Source of the DNA: an uncultured archaeon
GTDB lineage: Archaea; Aenigmatarchaeota; Aenigmatarchaeia; GW2011-AR5
DNA: 64,000 bases
Direction of reading: 5' to 3'
NCBI GenBank assembly: GCA_964599215.1
Contig: CAZRDV010000001.1
Span: forward strand, 55,615 to 119,614
Below are positions 38,349-47,947 of this stretch, in pieces; the stretch's first letter is position 1, and each line of letters begins with the position of its first letter. The position numbers and the translations under genes were made by a program. Under the pieces are notes generated by a model. It worked only from the letters and a program-made list of their open reading frames with translations, was not told where the DNA came from and did not search any database.

Positions 38349-39611
38349 TTAGATTAATAACTCTGATACACCATATATCGCATGGTGCGTGCTTCCTAGC
38401 GAGGTTATGTTATCTATTCTGAATGTAGGGTCTAGGCCCTTTACAGCATAGCCGTTTATCACATCGTTAGAAAAGTAAAGGTAATCTATATTTGTCTGTT
38501 GGTTTTTTATATCAAGGTCCAGTAACAGTAAGTATACCTTGTTAACAAAGCTTTCTAGTCCTATCGTATAATTTGTCTGGTTTGCGTACTTTTCCTGCAC
38601 TTCTAAGGAGCCTTCAAGTCGGTCAAGAAAACTCGCACCGACAGTGCTGGTGTAATAAACTGAATTCTCTGTATGATTCTTAAGTGTGTCTATAAACCAG
38701 ACCCTGCCTTTATCCCCGTCAACAAGGAGGTTTGTACTGTTTTCTATAAGAACCGTTGCGCCAGATGCATTGTAGACGTATGTATTTGTTGCCCCTGGGC
38801 TGACAGTTTCCTCGGATACAATTCCGAGGAATTGGTTAACTGTAGGGAGAGGGATAAGGGAGGCGTCGTCTGTAACCAGAATTTTTTCATCTTTATCTGG
38901 AACATTTAAAATCTCGGCCATGGATGAAGCTGGTATTACAACACCCTGTCCGTACACCCAGTTGCTGTTACCCATGCTATCTATGAGAAGTTCGGTATAG
39001 TTTTCATACCCAGCCTTTGCTATAAGATTGGTAGCCCTTCCTATAGTATTCAAAGGGTAAGTAGGATCTTCAAACCCCTCTATAGAAGTTAGATGATTGA
39101 GTGTTTCATCTCTGTTCAGGCTTGCAGTACCTCCTTTATCAGAGATGTTTATATTCATTACTCCGGTTGTAACCAGATTCCAGCTGTCATAGGGTTTTAC
39201 TTCAAAATTAGTAATGATTATGTTAATGTTATAGCCCTTGGTATCTCCTACATTTTTTATTTGAGCTATCCAGTCTGGAAGTGTATTGTTCTCCATCAGG
39301 CTTTGTGGTGTAGAATGCAGAGTACCATTCCAAGCTAGTTCTGCAAGGCTTTCCTGAGAATTGTTCAGGGAAACGCCTTCTGATACGATGGAACTTATGC
39401 ATACAGAGATTGCCCTTTTTGTTATGATGTCTGATGCCTTGTTGACATCCCTTACTATGCCTTCGTACATCTTGTACATGTCGTTTAACCTAGCTTCAAT
39501 AGAAATCTGTTCCCTTTTATGATGAACAAGGCCCTTCTGTATTTCTATCATACTAAGAAGTGTTATTGTTAACGAAATCAATATTAAACTGAACATAATG
39601 CCCTTTTTCAT
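38349..39611 (-). CDS. Secreted pilin-like glycoprotein with class III-type signal
   Basis: Internal start MKKG|IMFSLILISLTITLL chosen (the ORF opens at 39656). Many N-x-S/T sequons. 4-nt overlap with the vWA gene. Confidence 0.5.
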   Translation of the reverse strand: MKKGIMFSLILISLTITLLSMIEIQKGLVHHKREQISIEARLNDMYKMYEGIVRDVNKASDIITKRAISVCISSIVSEGVSLNNSQESLAELAWNGTLHSTPQSLMENNTLPDWIAQIKNVGDTKGYNINIIITNFEVKPYDSWNLVTTGVMNINISDKGGTASLNRDETLNHLTSIEGFEDPTYPLNTIGRATNLIAKAGYENYTELLIDSMGNSNWVYGQGVVIPASSMAEILNVPDKDEKILVTDDASLIPLPTVNQFLGIVSEETVSPGATNTYVYNASGATVLIENSTNLLVDGDKGRVWFIDTLKNHTENSVYYTSTVGASFLDRLEGSLEVQEKYANQTNYTIGLESFVNKVYLLLLDLDIKNQQTNIDYLYFSNDVINGYAVKGLDPTFRIDNITSLGSTHHAIYGVSELLI

Positions 39612-42229
39612 TTTTCCCACATCAAAACTTTTATCAGGCTTGGCCCCCATAGCCATCTCAAGCCTTTTAGATTCTTGGTTTCAGTAGCTATATTCCCTTC
39701 TCCTGCCTCCACATAGTCGCTTATTTCATTCTCAAGCCTTTGTATTGCATCAGCTGTTGCTGATTCATAACTGTCTAACATATCACCGTATCCTACTGAA
39801 CCACTTACCCTTATAGTATAGATGATTCTGTTGTCTGGAGATCCGCCCGTAGCATTGCTCGGCTCTACGCCGGTTCCAATCCTTACAGAGTTGTTTCCTG
39901 AGCTTATGTAATCTAAGGGTATCTGAACTATGTATGGATCTCCAAGGCTCTGGTAATCAACAATATAATCACCGAGCCAGTATATACCTGTCCAGTCGAT
40001 TAAAGGATTATTCACATACACGCGATCTGTCCAGAATTCTGAAGAATAGGATGTAATCTTAGCATCAGCTATTCTCACTTTCTCTGATACATTGAACCAC
40101 CCTTCTTTATATGGAATATCTATGGTGTCACCTGTGAAGTTTCTAAATCTTGCAGTTTCACGTGTCAGGGAGATCTCTCCGTATTCATACGGTAGTATGT
40201 TGGGTGTATAATCAAACCCTATATAAGAATCCGGATAAAGGATGTTTCCTGCTGAGATGTTACCGTCTATAGTTATTACCTGTGCCTTGTATCGTATCAC
40301 TATATTCTCAGCTATACGGCGGTATATCTCTCTCAGTTCTTCTGAATCAGCACTGGCGTAGTAAAGTCCTTCTCCACAACTTGCAATTGACCTCAGGGTC
40401 CAGTTTGCGTTTGGACAGCTTGCTACAGGACCAAATCCTATAGAGTGCACCACTGCGTCCAGATCGTTATGAACCCTGCAGGAAGAGTAATTTGCATTTT
40501 GCATTGCACCATTGCAGCTATTACCAGTGCAATCTGATGCACTGCCGAAACAGTCTGTGAATTGTGATGCTGTACTGGTTCCTGTTGAATTACAGCTTAT
40601 ACAGAAAAATAAGAACCAATCAGCGCAGCCGCAGCATGCAGAAGGAATTCCGTCAGACATAACAATTATATATTTTTCCCTGGAGGAGTTGCTGTAGGTA
40701 TTCAGGATATTGTATGCCCTGTTGATTGCACAACAGATGCAGGTGCCTCCTGAAGGCTCTTCTGGATAACCATCAATATGAGTTATTAATTCTTCTCTTG
40801 TTGAACCAAGGTCAGGCGTGTATACATAAGCATCGGAATTAAAGCCGACCAGTCCCATTCTATTGCCTGTGACATTCATGATGATGTTGATGAATTCTTT
40901 GTCAAGGCATCTGGCCAGGCTTATTCTGCTTGTGTTTGAGCTGTTTATTTCTGGATCACCACAATCTGAAATTACATTACCGTCATCGCTGCTGTTCATC
41001 TTCCAGTTCATACTTCCTGAAAGGTCTGTTATAAGAATAACATCTGCTTGCCCTTGTTTTATAAAGAGTGGTGATCCAGGTTCCAATCCAAACCTTATTG
41101 GTATTGTTTCTTCACTAAGATGTTCGTAATCCAATCCTGTTAAGGCAAGACTAGAATTTATTTCTGTGTTGTTCAGAAAAACGGTCTGTTCTCCTGAGGC
41201 ATTGCTCTTATAGACAGTTGCATTACCGATTGTAAATAAGAGGGTTGCATTTTCTATGTTGTTTAGATAGTGCAGGGATGCATTCATAGAACTTATGTTT
41301 CCTTGGACATAGAAAGACGAATACAGATTAATAAGTCCGTGTATACCTGGGAAATAGTACCTGCTGTTTGGTTTATCAGTAATCATCTCAGAGGTGTTGT
41401 AGCTGACCCTGAGGTATCCGCCGCCTATATAACTCCCGTTTCCTGTAAAGTTGATGTTGATTATATTGTCGCCAGAATTAAAATTATCTAGGTAGCTATA
41501 ATTGATGTTCCATGTGTCTGCTGTCATGTTTCCGTCACCAGAAGATTTAGTATAGAAGCCTGAATCCTGGTTGTTTATGTACAAGCTGAAGTTGTTGCCT
41601 GCATTGAATTCAATATAAGCCTCATTCACAACCTCGATTATTGGCAGAGTTATGATTCTAGTTATGTTTCCTTCTCCGACAAAACCTCCGAAGTATGCAT
41701 AGGCTGATTCTGTCTTACTCTTTATGCTTGTTAGAAATGCCCTTGCAAGGTAACCCTGGGTTGGTTTTCCAACCATGTAACCTGTTTCTATCCTGGCTGA
41801 AACTGCTGTATTTCTCTCTGACAGGCTGCATGAAGAATATATAGATTCATTTTCAAGATAGAGGCCAATACAGAAATCAAGAGTAATCCTTTCCATGACC
41901 TCTTTAGATATATTAAGCGCTATTGACCTGTTGCCGGCGTACCAGAAACTGGCAATCAGGTCTAATATTGTCTTGTTCAGGTCTGCTTCTTTTATGACAT
42001 TCTTCGATACTAAGTTTGCTATGGTCGGCTTATCAATGAAACTAGATGCCTTTAGGTGGGAGATTGCTTCCATGGTGTCATCCGCAATATAGCTTAGCTT
42101 TTCATATTGTCTTTCCTGAAATGTACTTTCTGAACTCCAATAGCTGCCGAACATTAGAATAGATAACAGCAAGATAGACGTCCCTAAGAGAATGTCTAAT
42201 GTAAACACGAATCCTTTTTTCATTTCCAC
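39608..42229 (-). CDS. Large secreted vWA-domain glycoprotein, putative pilus tip adhesin
   Basis: N-terminus MEMKKG|FVFTLDILLG. vWA/MIDAS motifs DLSGSM ... VMSDG at about aa 395-640 with a Cys-rich insert. More than 25 N-glycosylation sequons. 873 aa. Confidence 0.8.
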   Translation of the reverse strand: MEMKKGFVFTLDILLGTSILLLSILMFGSYWSSESTFQERQYEKLSYIADDTMEAISHLKASSFIDKPTIANLVSKNVIKEADLNKTILDLIASFWYAGNRSIALNISKEVMERITLDFCIGLYLENESIYSSCSLSERNTAVSARIETGYMVGKPTQGYLARAFLTSIKSKTESAYAYFGGFVGEGNITRIITLPIIEVVNEAYIEFNAGNNFSLYINNQDSGFYTKSSGDGNMTADTWNINYSYLDNFNSGDNIININFTGNGSYIGGGYLRVSYNTSEMITDKPNSRYYFPGIHGLINLYSSFYVQGNISSMNASLHYLNNIENATLLFTIGNATVYKSNASGEQTVFLNNTEINSSLALTGLDYEHLSEETIPIRFGLEPGSPLFIKQGQADVILITDLSGSMNWKMNSSDDGNVISDCGDPEINSSNTSRISLARCLDKEFINIIMNVTGNRMGLVGFNSDAYVYTPDLGSTREELITHIDGYPEEPSGGTCICCAINRAYNILNTYSNSSREKYIIVMSDGIPSACCGCADWFLFFCISCNSTGTSTASQFTDCFGSASDCTGNSCNGAMQNANYSSCRVHNDLDAVVHSIGFGPVASCPNANWTLRSIASCGEGLYYASADSEELREIYRRIAENIVIRYKAQVITIDGNISAGNILYPDSYIGFDYTPNILPYEYGEISLTRETARFRNFTGDTIDIPYKEGWFNVSEKVRIADAKITSYSSEFWTDRVYVNNPLIDWTGIYWLGDYIVDYQSLGDPYIVQIPLDYISSGNNSVRIGTGVEPSNATGGSPDNRIIYTIRVSGSVGYGDMLDSYESATADAIQRLENEISDYVEAGEGNIATETKNLKGLRWLWGPSLIKVLMWEK

Positions 42230-42693
42230 ACCACAGAATCCAGAAAAACAAAGGTGCTGTTTAATATGCCTGCTCTCTTCACCTTGATAACATCCCTGCT
42301 GTTTGACGGAGTTAAACCGAAATTAAATAATGTTGTGTTTGTCTCGTCGTAAACTAAAAAATAATATTCCAGGTCACCTAAACCAAGCAATTGTTTGGAA
42401 GCGTTGTAACCAATTTCATTTAGGCTGTTCATCTTAGAGTAGTTGAATGCATGGTTATCCTGAAAGCCGAGGCTGATTATGTTGGTCTTATTCCAGTTAT
42501 TTGGTACGCCCTGCCTAAACCAGACATCAGAAGTAAGATATGCTTTTTCTATTAAGTCATCTAAGTACCGTGTTTCGTCTATCTGTGATGTAACGCCTAC
42601 CCATTGTATAAGCAGGATACTAACAACTAAAAAAAATACAAACGATGCTATAATGAAATCGTATGAAAGCTGGGCCTTAAGTAACATAGACAA
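42220..42693 (-). CDS. Pilin-like protein with class III signal
   Basis: MSMLLKA|QLSYDFIIASFVFFLVVSIL has Gln at +1. Sequon-rich soluble part. Confidence 0.5.
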   Translation of the reverse strand: MSMLLKAQLSYDFIIASFVFFLVVSILLIQWVGVTSQIDETRYLDDLIEKAYLTSDVWFRQGVPNNWNKTNIISLGFQDNHAFNYSKMNSLNEIGYNASKQLLGLGDLEYYFLVYDETNTTLFNFGLTPSNSRDVIKVKRAGILNSTFVFLDSVVWK

Positions 42694-43063
42694 CCCCGTT
42701 TATATTTTCAATAAGATTCCAGCCTGTTTTAATTTCGCCTGTAATATTCTTTGTTGAGATTATACAGGCTTTTGATCCATGATCCCAGTCTATAAACACA
42801 GCATAATCACTAACTACTATATCAAAATTGGATACGCCGAAAAGCGTTTCCTCTATATAAAAAGACCGTCTGTATGAATCGCCGAATCTTACTGCTGAAT
42901 TGATTTCAAATGCAGTTCTTTCACAGAGTTTTTCGATTTCTTCGTCTGCTTTTATATTAAAACTCCTTTCCCTGAGTGACATCTCGCCAAAGATAAAGAG
43001 TGTGAACATTACTATCAGAACTGACAGGAGTACCATAAACTCTATAGTCATTTGACCCTTCAT
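42677..43063 (-). CDS. Type IV pilin (Q+1/E+5)
   Basis: MKG|QMTIEFMVLLSVLIVMF has the canonical prepilin N-terminus. 128 aa. Confidence 0.7.
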   Translation of the reverse strand: MKGQMTIEFMVLLSVLIVMFTLFIFGEMSLRERSFNIKADEEIEKLCERTAFEINSAVRFGDSYRRSFYIEETLFGVSNFDIVVSDYAVFIDWDHGSKACIISTKNITGEIKTGWNLIENINGVVYVT

Positions 43064-43464
43064 TCAACCACAGTTATGTTTACAGAATACTTATCAGCAA
43101 TCAGCGCAATGAAGTAGCATCCGTTGTTTGTCGGCACAGAACCATTTAACATAGGTATCGTATCACTGTAGATGTCCACGATGCCGGCTGATGTCTTTAG
43201 CTTGAATAATACCATGCTGTCTAATAATACCTCTTCCACACCCTCTGGGATACAGACATTTATTGTCAGCCTTGCTGGAGGGCCCTGGGAGTAAACCCAG
43301 TTGGCGCTTTCAGCGATTTTGCTTGCAGCAGCCTTTGCAGATGATATCTTCACATCCTCTTTGTAGCCAAGCAGGTTCTGGTTAGAATAGAGGATAAGTG
43401 GTACGAGTATTGCCAGCGCAAGCCCGATGATTACTAGATATTCAACAGATGCCTGAGCTTTCAT
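43060..43464 (-). CDS. Type IV pilin (Q+1/E+5), first gene of the operon
   Basis: MKA|QASVEYLVIIGLALAILV. 134 aa. 4-nt overlap with the next pilin gene. Confidence 0.7.
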   Translation of the reverse strand: MKAQASVEYLVIIGLALAILVPLILYSNQNLLGYKEDVKISSAKAAASKIAESANWVYSQGPPARLTINVCIPEGVEEVLLDSMVLFKLKTSAGIVDIYSDTIPMLNGSVPTNNGCYFIALIADKYSVNITVVE

Positions 43465-43913
43465 AAATATAGTTATTCTCGCCCTAATAAGAGTTTTATT
43501 TTAAAGTTTTCTGTGCAAATACTAAACTGACGTAGTATTCTGAGTGAGAAGTTAAAACTAACAGCATTATTGATGTCTACTGATCTGCTATATAATATAG
43601 GCCCCCGGTTTAACTCTCACATTTGGGTGTGAGTTCACCTATCTTCTGTAATATATATTTGATTAAGCTTATTATCAATAATATATTATACTATTAATAA
43701 TTAGTATGAAAGATATTTGATGTAATATATATTGTAGTAGATACTACCATGATTATCTCTCACAAAAGAAATATAGGCTTGAAGATATATTTGTCAAATG
43801 ATTCTTAATTACATATCAATCTCAATAGATATTTCTTAGAATATAATATATCTGAAAATTTGGTTATATCTCTCACATAAGAAAATTATTTTGTTAAAAG
43901 TAAGCAAAATAGG
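43465..43913 (-). promoter_or_regulatory. AT-rich upstream region of the pilus operon containing three TCTCTCACA-type motif copies
   Basis: Motifs at about 43611 (actctcacatttgggtgtgag), 43755 (tatctctcacaaaagaaa) and 43868 (tatctctcacataagaaa). Multiple TATA-like tracts. Confidence 0.4.
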
Positions 43914-44450
43914 CTACTCTTCTTGCTTATTTTCATTCTTTTCTACCTTATTTTCTTCGTTTATTGCTTCATTTTGCTCTTCTTTTTCCGGCTTCATGGT
44001 GCGCGCCATCTCTAACATAAGAAGGTCGTCAAAATCCTTTGCAATTCTTCGTGTTTTTCTCATAAATGCCTTTGTTGCTGATTCTACCCTGTCTAAGAGG
44101 CGGTTTACAGTAGGTGCTGTAAGCATATATCCCTTAATAAAATCATTTCCTGATGGTATTTTAACGAATTCCATCAGCCCCAGGGTTCTCCATTTCCTTA
44201 TTTCCTCGTATGTCTGGCTCTGTGATATTGATAATATCTGGGAGATCTGCTCTATTGACAGCGGTATGTTCTCTTTTCTGTATTTTAGCAGCTCCAGGAG
44301 CAGCTTTGAATGGTCTGCCCTGCTCTCTTTTCTTTTAAGACCTAGTCTCCGGACCAGGGCAACAGAAAGGTCGTTTGTTGTTATATTTAGTTTGTTATCA
44401 GGCGGCTCAACTCGTATAAAAACCATATCAGAAAGCTTCTTTTTCGGCAT
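43914..44450 (-). CDS. HTH transcriptional regulator, putative
   Basis: Central helix-turn-helix-like segment (IEQISQILSISQSQTYEEIRKWRTLGLMEF) and acidic Glu/Lys-rich C-terminus. Immediately upstream of the pilus operon on the same strand. Confidence 0.5.
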   Translation of the reverse strand: MPKKKLSDMVFIRVEPPDNKLNITTNDLSVALVRRLGLKRKESRADHSKLLLELLKYRKENIPLSIEQISQILSISQSQTYEEIRKWRTLGLMEFVKIPSGNDFIKGYMLTAPTVNRLLDRVESATKAFMRKTRRIAKDFDDLLMLEMARTMKPEKEEQNEAINEENKVEKNENKQEE

Positions 44451-44755
44451 TTTCTCACCTCATGTGGCAATCATGATAACTAACTTCTCTTGGTAATTCT
44501 TCTTTTGTTAGGGATTTATCTCCCTTTCCTAACATAAAAACACTCTTCATTTTTTAGTTGTAGTGGCTCTACCATATGCCCTGTTTTTGGCATCTTTGAT
44601 GCAAAACCTTGCCCTTGTATTAACACCTTTAGGCCTAGCGGTTTTTATTCTTTGTGGTATTTGACAGTAATTACTATCAAACATAGGAGTAGAGCCATTT
44701 TCTAAAAAGTAGGTTCCAAAGACCTGTTATTTTATTCAGAATTAAGGCATAATGA

Positions 44756-45441
44756 CTATTTTACGTTTTTCCTAAAATGTCGGTTCCATGTTTCATCGGT
44801 TCTACACTCAAGTTTACAGGGACTGTTGGCTTTCAAGAAACTATCAACATATTGATGTGTAAGACCATTATAGTTTGTAGTTTCTCCATTATGCCTGTGT
44901 TGGAGATTAAATCGGATGTTTACCCCGGATCCACCTGCATATTCAACAATAACCCTGTGTCCCATAGTCTGCACCTAATAATGAATCATAGCTTGTGGCA
45001 GAATTTTTTGCGTTTCTTGCTTTGTATACCTTTGTTCAGACAGGCAATAGCTATTACAGCCGATATCAGGGATATAAAAAGGTGCAGGAGTCGTTGGTGC
45101 TACTGAATTGCAGGCGTCTCCTGCGCAACGACATAAATCAAGAGTCAAATCCTTGAGGTAAGAACCGAAATTATATTTTTCCATAATGCATCACATCATA
45201 CTCCTTCTGGCAAAGGCATGTGAGAAATCTCGCTTTTAAAGAATCTTTTCGCTTTACCGCCACCGATGACATATACAATAGGTTTTATACCCTCGGTCTG
45301 AAGTTGGGATGAGACATCAAAAGGGTCTAATCCACTGCGAACATTGCCGTTGGGTGGGTCAATTGTATAAGAATCTCCGTTCCATGGGCCGTTCTGTGTA
45401 ATTTCATATATAGGCCTGCCGTTAGAATTGTATCCTTTCAT
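44756..45441 (-). pseudogene. Possible disrupted gene: three consecutive same-strand ORFs separated by one in-frame TAG and one frameshift
   Basis: ORF 44975..45184 ends with TAG at 44975-44977 and ORF 44756..44974 continues in the same frame. ORF 45196..45441 lies 11 nt upstream in another frame. No family recognised. Confidence 0.25.
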
Positions 45442-45598
45442 ACCTGCTACACCCTTATTTTATATAAATTAACATCTATTTAAGTTTTACTATTCCTCAG
45501 TGGTGAACAGTGGGTGGGTGTGGGACTTGTTTAAAAAAGTGGGAATTAGGTGGGAGTTATGATTAAAGAATCTTTATCGGAGATTCTAGTAGGTTATC

Positions 45599-45940
45599 AT
45601 GAAAATTGCTGTTGATGAGTGGGAGAACGAGGATGCAGCCGAGGCAGAACGTTCTGGCGTCTACGAATTAGACGATAAAGTCTTTGACGCTCTTTCTGAA
45701 TACTATAAAACAGGTTTTGTTGATCCTATAATTGAAAAGGGTGTCAAAAAAATTGAAGAAAAGTGGTTTCTTGAATATGATGTGAGGGATGGAAGCCAGA
45801 TAAACCATATGGTTGGTTTGTATACTATTGCTAATGGAGTTTTTCTTAAATACGATGGTACTGACATTAAAAACAGGTTCTCAACAACATACACGCCTTC
45901 TTTGTCAATAGAAGAAATAAGGGAAGATCTTAAGATTTAG
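45599..45940 (+). CDS. Hypothetical protein
   Basis: 113-aa acidic ORF. Confidence 0.4.
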   Translation: MKIAVDEWENEDAAEAERSGVYELDDKVFDALSEYYKTGFVDPIIEKGVKKIEEKWFLEYDVRDGSQINHMVGLYTIANGVFLKYDGTDIKNRFSTTYTPSLSIEEIREDLKI

Positions 45941-46314
45941 ACAGGATCGTAGCCGCCTTTGCTGAACGGATTGCAGCGCAGCAGCCTGAATGCGCCTTTG
46001 GCGATGCCGAGAAAAGAGCCATACTTGCTTATAGCTGCCTTCGTGTATTCAGAGCAGGTTGGGTAATATCTGCAGATTCTTTTCACATGCAGTTTTCTTT
46101 TCATCTGAGGATCTATCTCTGCCTGATAATATTTTATCAATGAAATGAAATCCATCTTTATCAGCATTCTTAGTATCCTTATCATTCTTTTCGGATCGTA
46201 GAAAGAAGCGATGCCAGAAGCTGCAGATGTCGTAGAACAGCAATTTACACCAACTGCCTCTTCTATCTGGGATATACAGCCGCTGATGATGTCTTCTCCT
46301 GCCATGATACTCAT
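45937..46314 (-). CDS. yidD: YidD-like (DUF37) membrane protein insertion efficiency factor homologue
   Basis: C-terminal 80 aa match the YidD pattern LIKYYQ..IDP...CRYYPTCSEY..AAISKYG..G...G..RLLRCNPFSKGGYDPV. The true start is probably the internal Met near 46188. Confidence 0.65.
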   Translation of the reverse strand: MSIMAGEDIISGCISQIEEAVGVNCCSTTSAASGIASFYDPKRMIRILRMLIKMDFISLIKYYQAEIDPQMKRKLHVKRICRYYPTCSEYTKAAISKYGSFLGIAKGAFRLLRCNPFSKGGYDPV

Positions 46315-46598
46315 TTCTTCTTTCTTAGTTTTGTGAACCTTCTAAGGACAGATTCGAAATCATTTGCAAGGTCCGTGCCCTCTGGTGTGAGCTTGATGTA
46401 TTTTATCCTTCCGCTTTTCTCAAAATCAACCAGGCCCAGGTCCCTAAAAAGGTCGAGAAGCTTCACAGTATGAGAATACGTACAGTCTGTCTCCTTGGCA
46501 AGAATAGAAACATACTTGGTGTTGCCGAGTTTTATATTCATAAGTAACCTAACAGGCTTTTTTCTAAGAAACAGCTCTTCTAGAACCTTTACTGCCAT
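46311..46598 (-). CDS. Winged-helix transcriptional regulator, putative
   Basis: 95 aa, helix-turn-helix-like segment SILAKETDCTYSHTVKLLDLFRDLGLV. Overlaps the YidD-like gene by 4 nt. Confidence 0.55.
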   Translation of the reverse strand: MAVKVLEELFLRKKPVRLLMNIKLGNTKYVSILAKETDCTYSHTVKLLDLFRDLGLVDFEKSGRIKYIKLTPEGTDLANDFESVLRRFTKLRKKK

Positions 46599-46725
46599 AG
46601 TTTTATTATGGCATTCTTTGTTTAAATAGTTTCAACTATATTTCGGAGAATATCTTTTTTATCAGATACTTTTAGTTTTTGTAGATGCCTTACGATTATT
46701 TAAGATTTCTGATAAAAATAATGTT

Positions 46726-46929
46726 ATGGAGCTGACCCTGCAGCCGATAAGGCGGCTATTTAAGACAGCTGGAGCAAAAAGGGTTTCCAATAAAGCAGCT
46801 AACGAGCTGTCAAAGGTTCTTGAGAGCAGGGCAAAGCTTATTGCTGCAGAGGCGAAGAAGATTTCTGAGCACAGTGGAAGGAGAACTGTGCTGAAAAGGG
46901 ATATAAAAATGGCCAGAAAGACAGCTTAA
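46726..46929 (+). CDS. Archaeal histone (HMf family)
   Basis: Histone-fold signature LPIRRLFKTAGAKRVSNKAANELSKVLE...EHSGRRTVLKRDIKMA. 67 aa. Confidence 0.85.
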   Translation: MELTLQPIRRLFKTAGAKRVSNKAANELSKVLESRAKLIAAEAKKISEHSGRRTVLKRDIKMARKTA

Positions 46930-46993
46930 CAATTTCTCAAGTTGTCTTGTGCTCTCTCTCTCCCTTTAAACCTTTTTCCCGAATATTATTAGC

Positions 46994-47947
46994 ATGGATG
47001 AGATCATTAAAAAAATTGCTGATGATTCAGGCCTTTCGGAAGAAGAGATAAAAGAGCTGATAGATGAGAAGAGAAACGAATTCTCAGGCATGGTCTCAGA
47101 CGAGGGTGCTGCTCATATTGTTGCAAAGGAGCTTGGAATCTCTCTTACTAAAAGAAAACTTAAGATAGAGAACATAATACCTGGGATGAGGAACGTAAGC
47201 ATCCTTGGTAGGATTGTAAATATAGGCGGTATACGTGAGTTCTCAAGAAAAGGATCCAAGGGAAGGGTTGCAAACTTTTTAATAGCAGATGAAACAGGCT
47301 CGATAAGACTATCATTGTGGGACGATGAGATAGATAAGATGAGTGATATTCCTTTGGGAGAGGTTGTCAGGATAGATGGTTTTGCAAAGGAGGATAATAC
47401 AGGAAGGCCTGAATTAAGGATTGGCAGATTCGGAGCTGTAACAAGGAGCAATGAGGCTTTTCCTTCTATAGAGAAGCTGATAAAGGAAAGGCGGTATGAC
47501 AAAAAGAAGATAGCTGAATTAAAAATGAATTCATCAGCAGCTGTACGGGCTGCTTTACTTCAGGTTTTTGAAGGGAATATTTTCTATTATACCTGCCCCA
47601 GGTGCAATTCCAAACTAAAGGACTTTGTCTGCAGCGAGCACGGAAAAGTTAAGCCGGATTATACTCCTGTGCTGAGCGGGATAATAGACGATGGTTCTGA
47701 CAACATAAGGGTTGTTATGTTCGGTGAGAGCGCAGAAAAAATATTTAGGATGCCTAAAGAAGAGGTGAAGAAAATTTTTGACGAGAGGGGTATGTCAGTG
47801 CTGGATAGGATTGAGCTGGGGAAAGAATTCATCTTCGAGGGCAGGGTAAGGAGGAATGAATATTTTGACAGGCTGGAATTTGTAGCCAATAATATTAAAA
47901 ATGTTGATGTTAAAGAGGAGATAGGATTCTTGCTGGAGAGGCAGTGA
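46994..47947 (+). CDS. RPA-like ssDNA-binding protein (OB fold plus zinc ribbon), paralogue of 24886..25809
   Basis: [23 protein letters not shown] block. Zinc ribbon [14 protein letters not shown]-terminal domain similar to the other RPA. 4-nt overlap with radA. Confidence 0.75.
   Translation: MDEIIKKIADDSGLSEEEIKELIDEKRNEFSGMVSDEGAAHIVAKELGISLTKRKLKIENIIPGMRNVSILGRIVNIGGIREFSRKGSKGRVANFLIADETGSIRLSLWDDEIDKMSDIPLGEVVRIDGFAKEDNTGRPELRIGRFGAVTRSNEAFPSIEKLIKERRYDKKKIAELKMNSSAAVRAALLQVFEGNIFYYTCPRCNSKLKDFVCSEHGKVKPDYTPVLSGIIDDGSDNIRVVMFGESAEKIFRMPKEEVKKIFDERGMSVLDRIELGKEFIFEGRVRRNEYFDRLEFVANNIKNVDVKEEIGFLLERQ

Noticed and set aside
44975-44977. In-frame TAG as pyrrolysine or programmed read-through
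   Set aside because: A frameshift also separates the upstream ORF. No pyl genes are seen in the window. Pseudogene decay is the simpler explanation.
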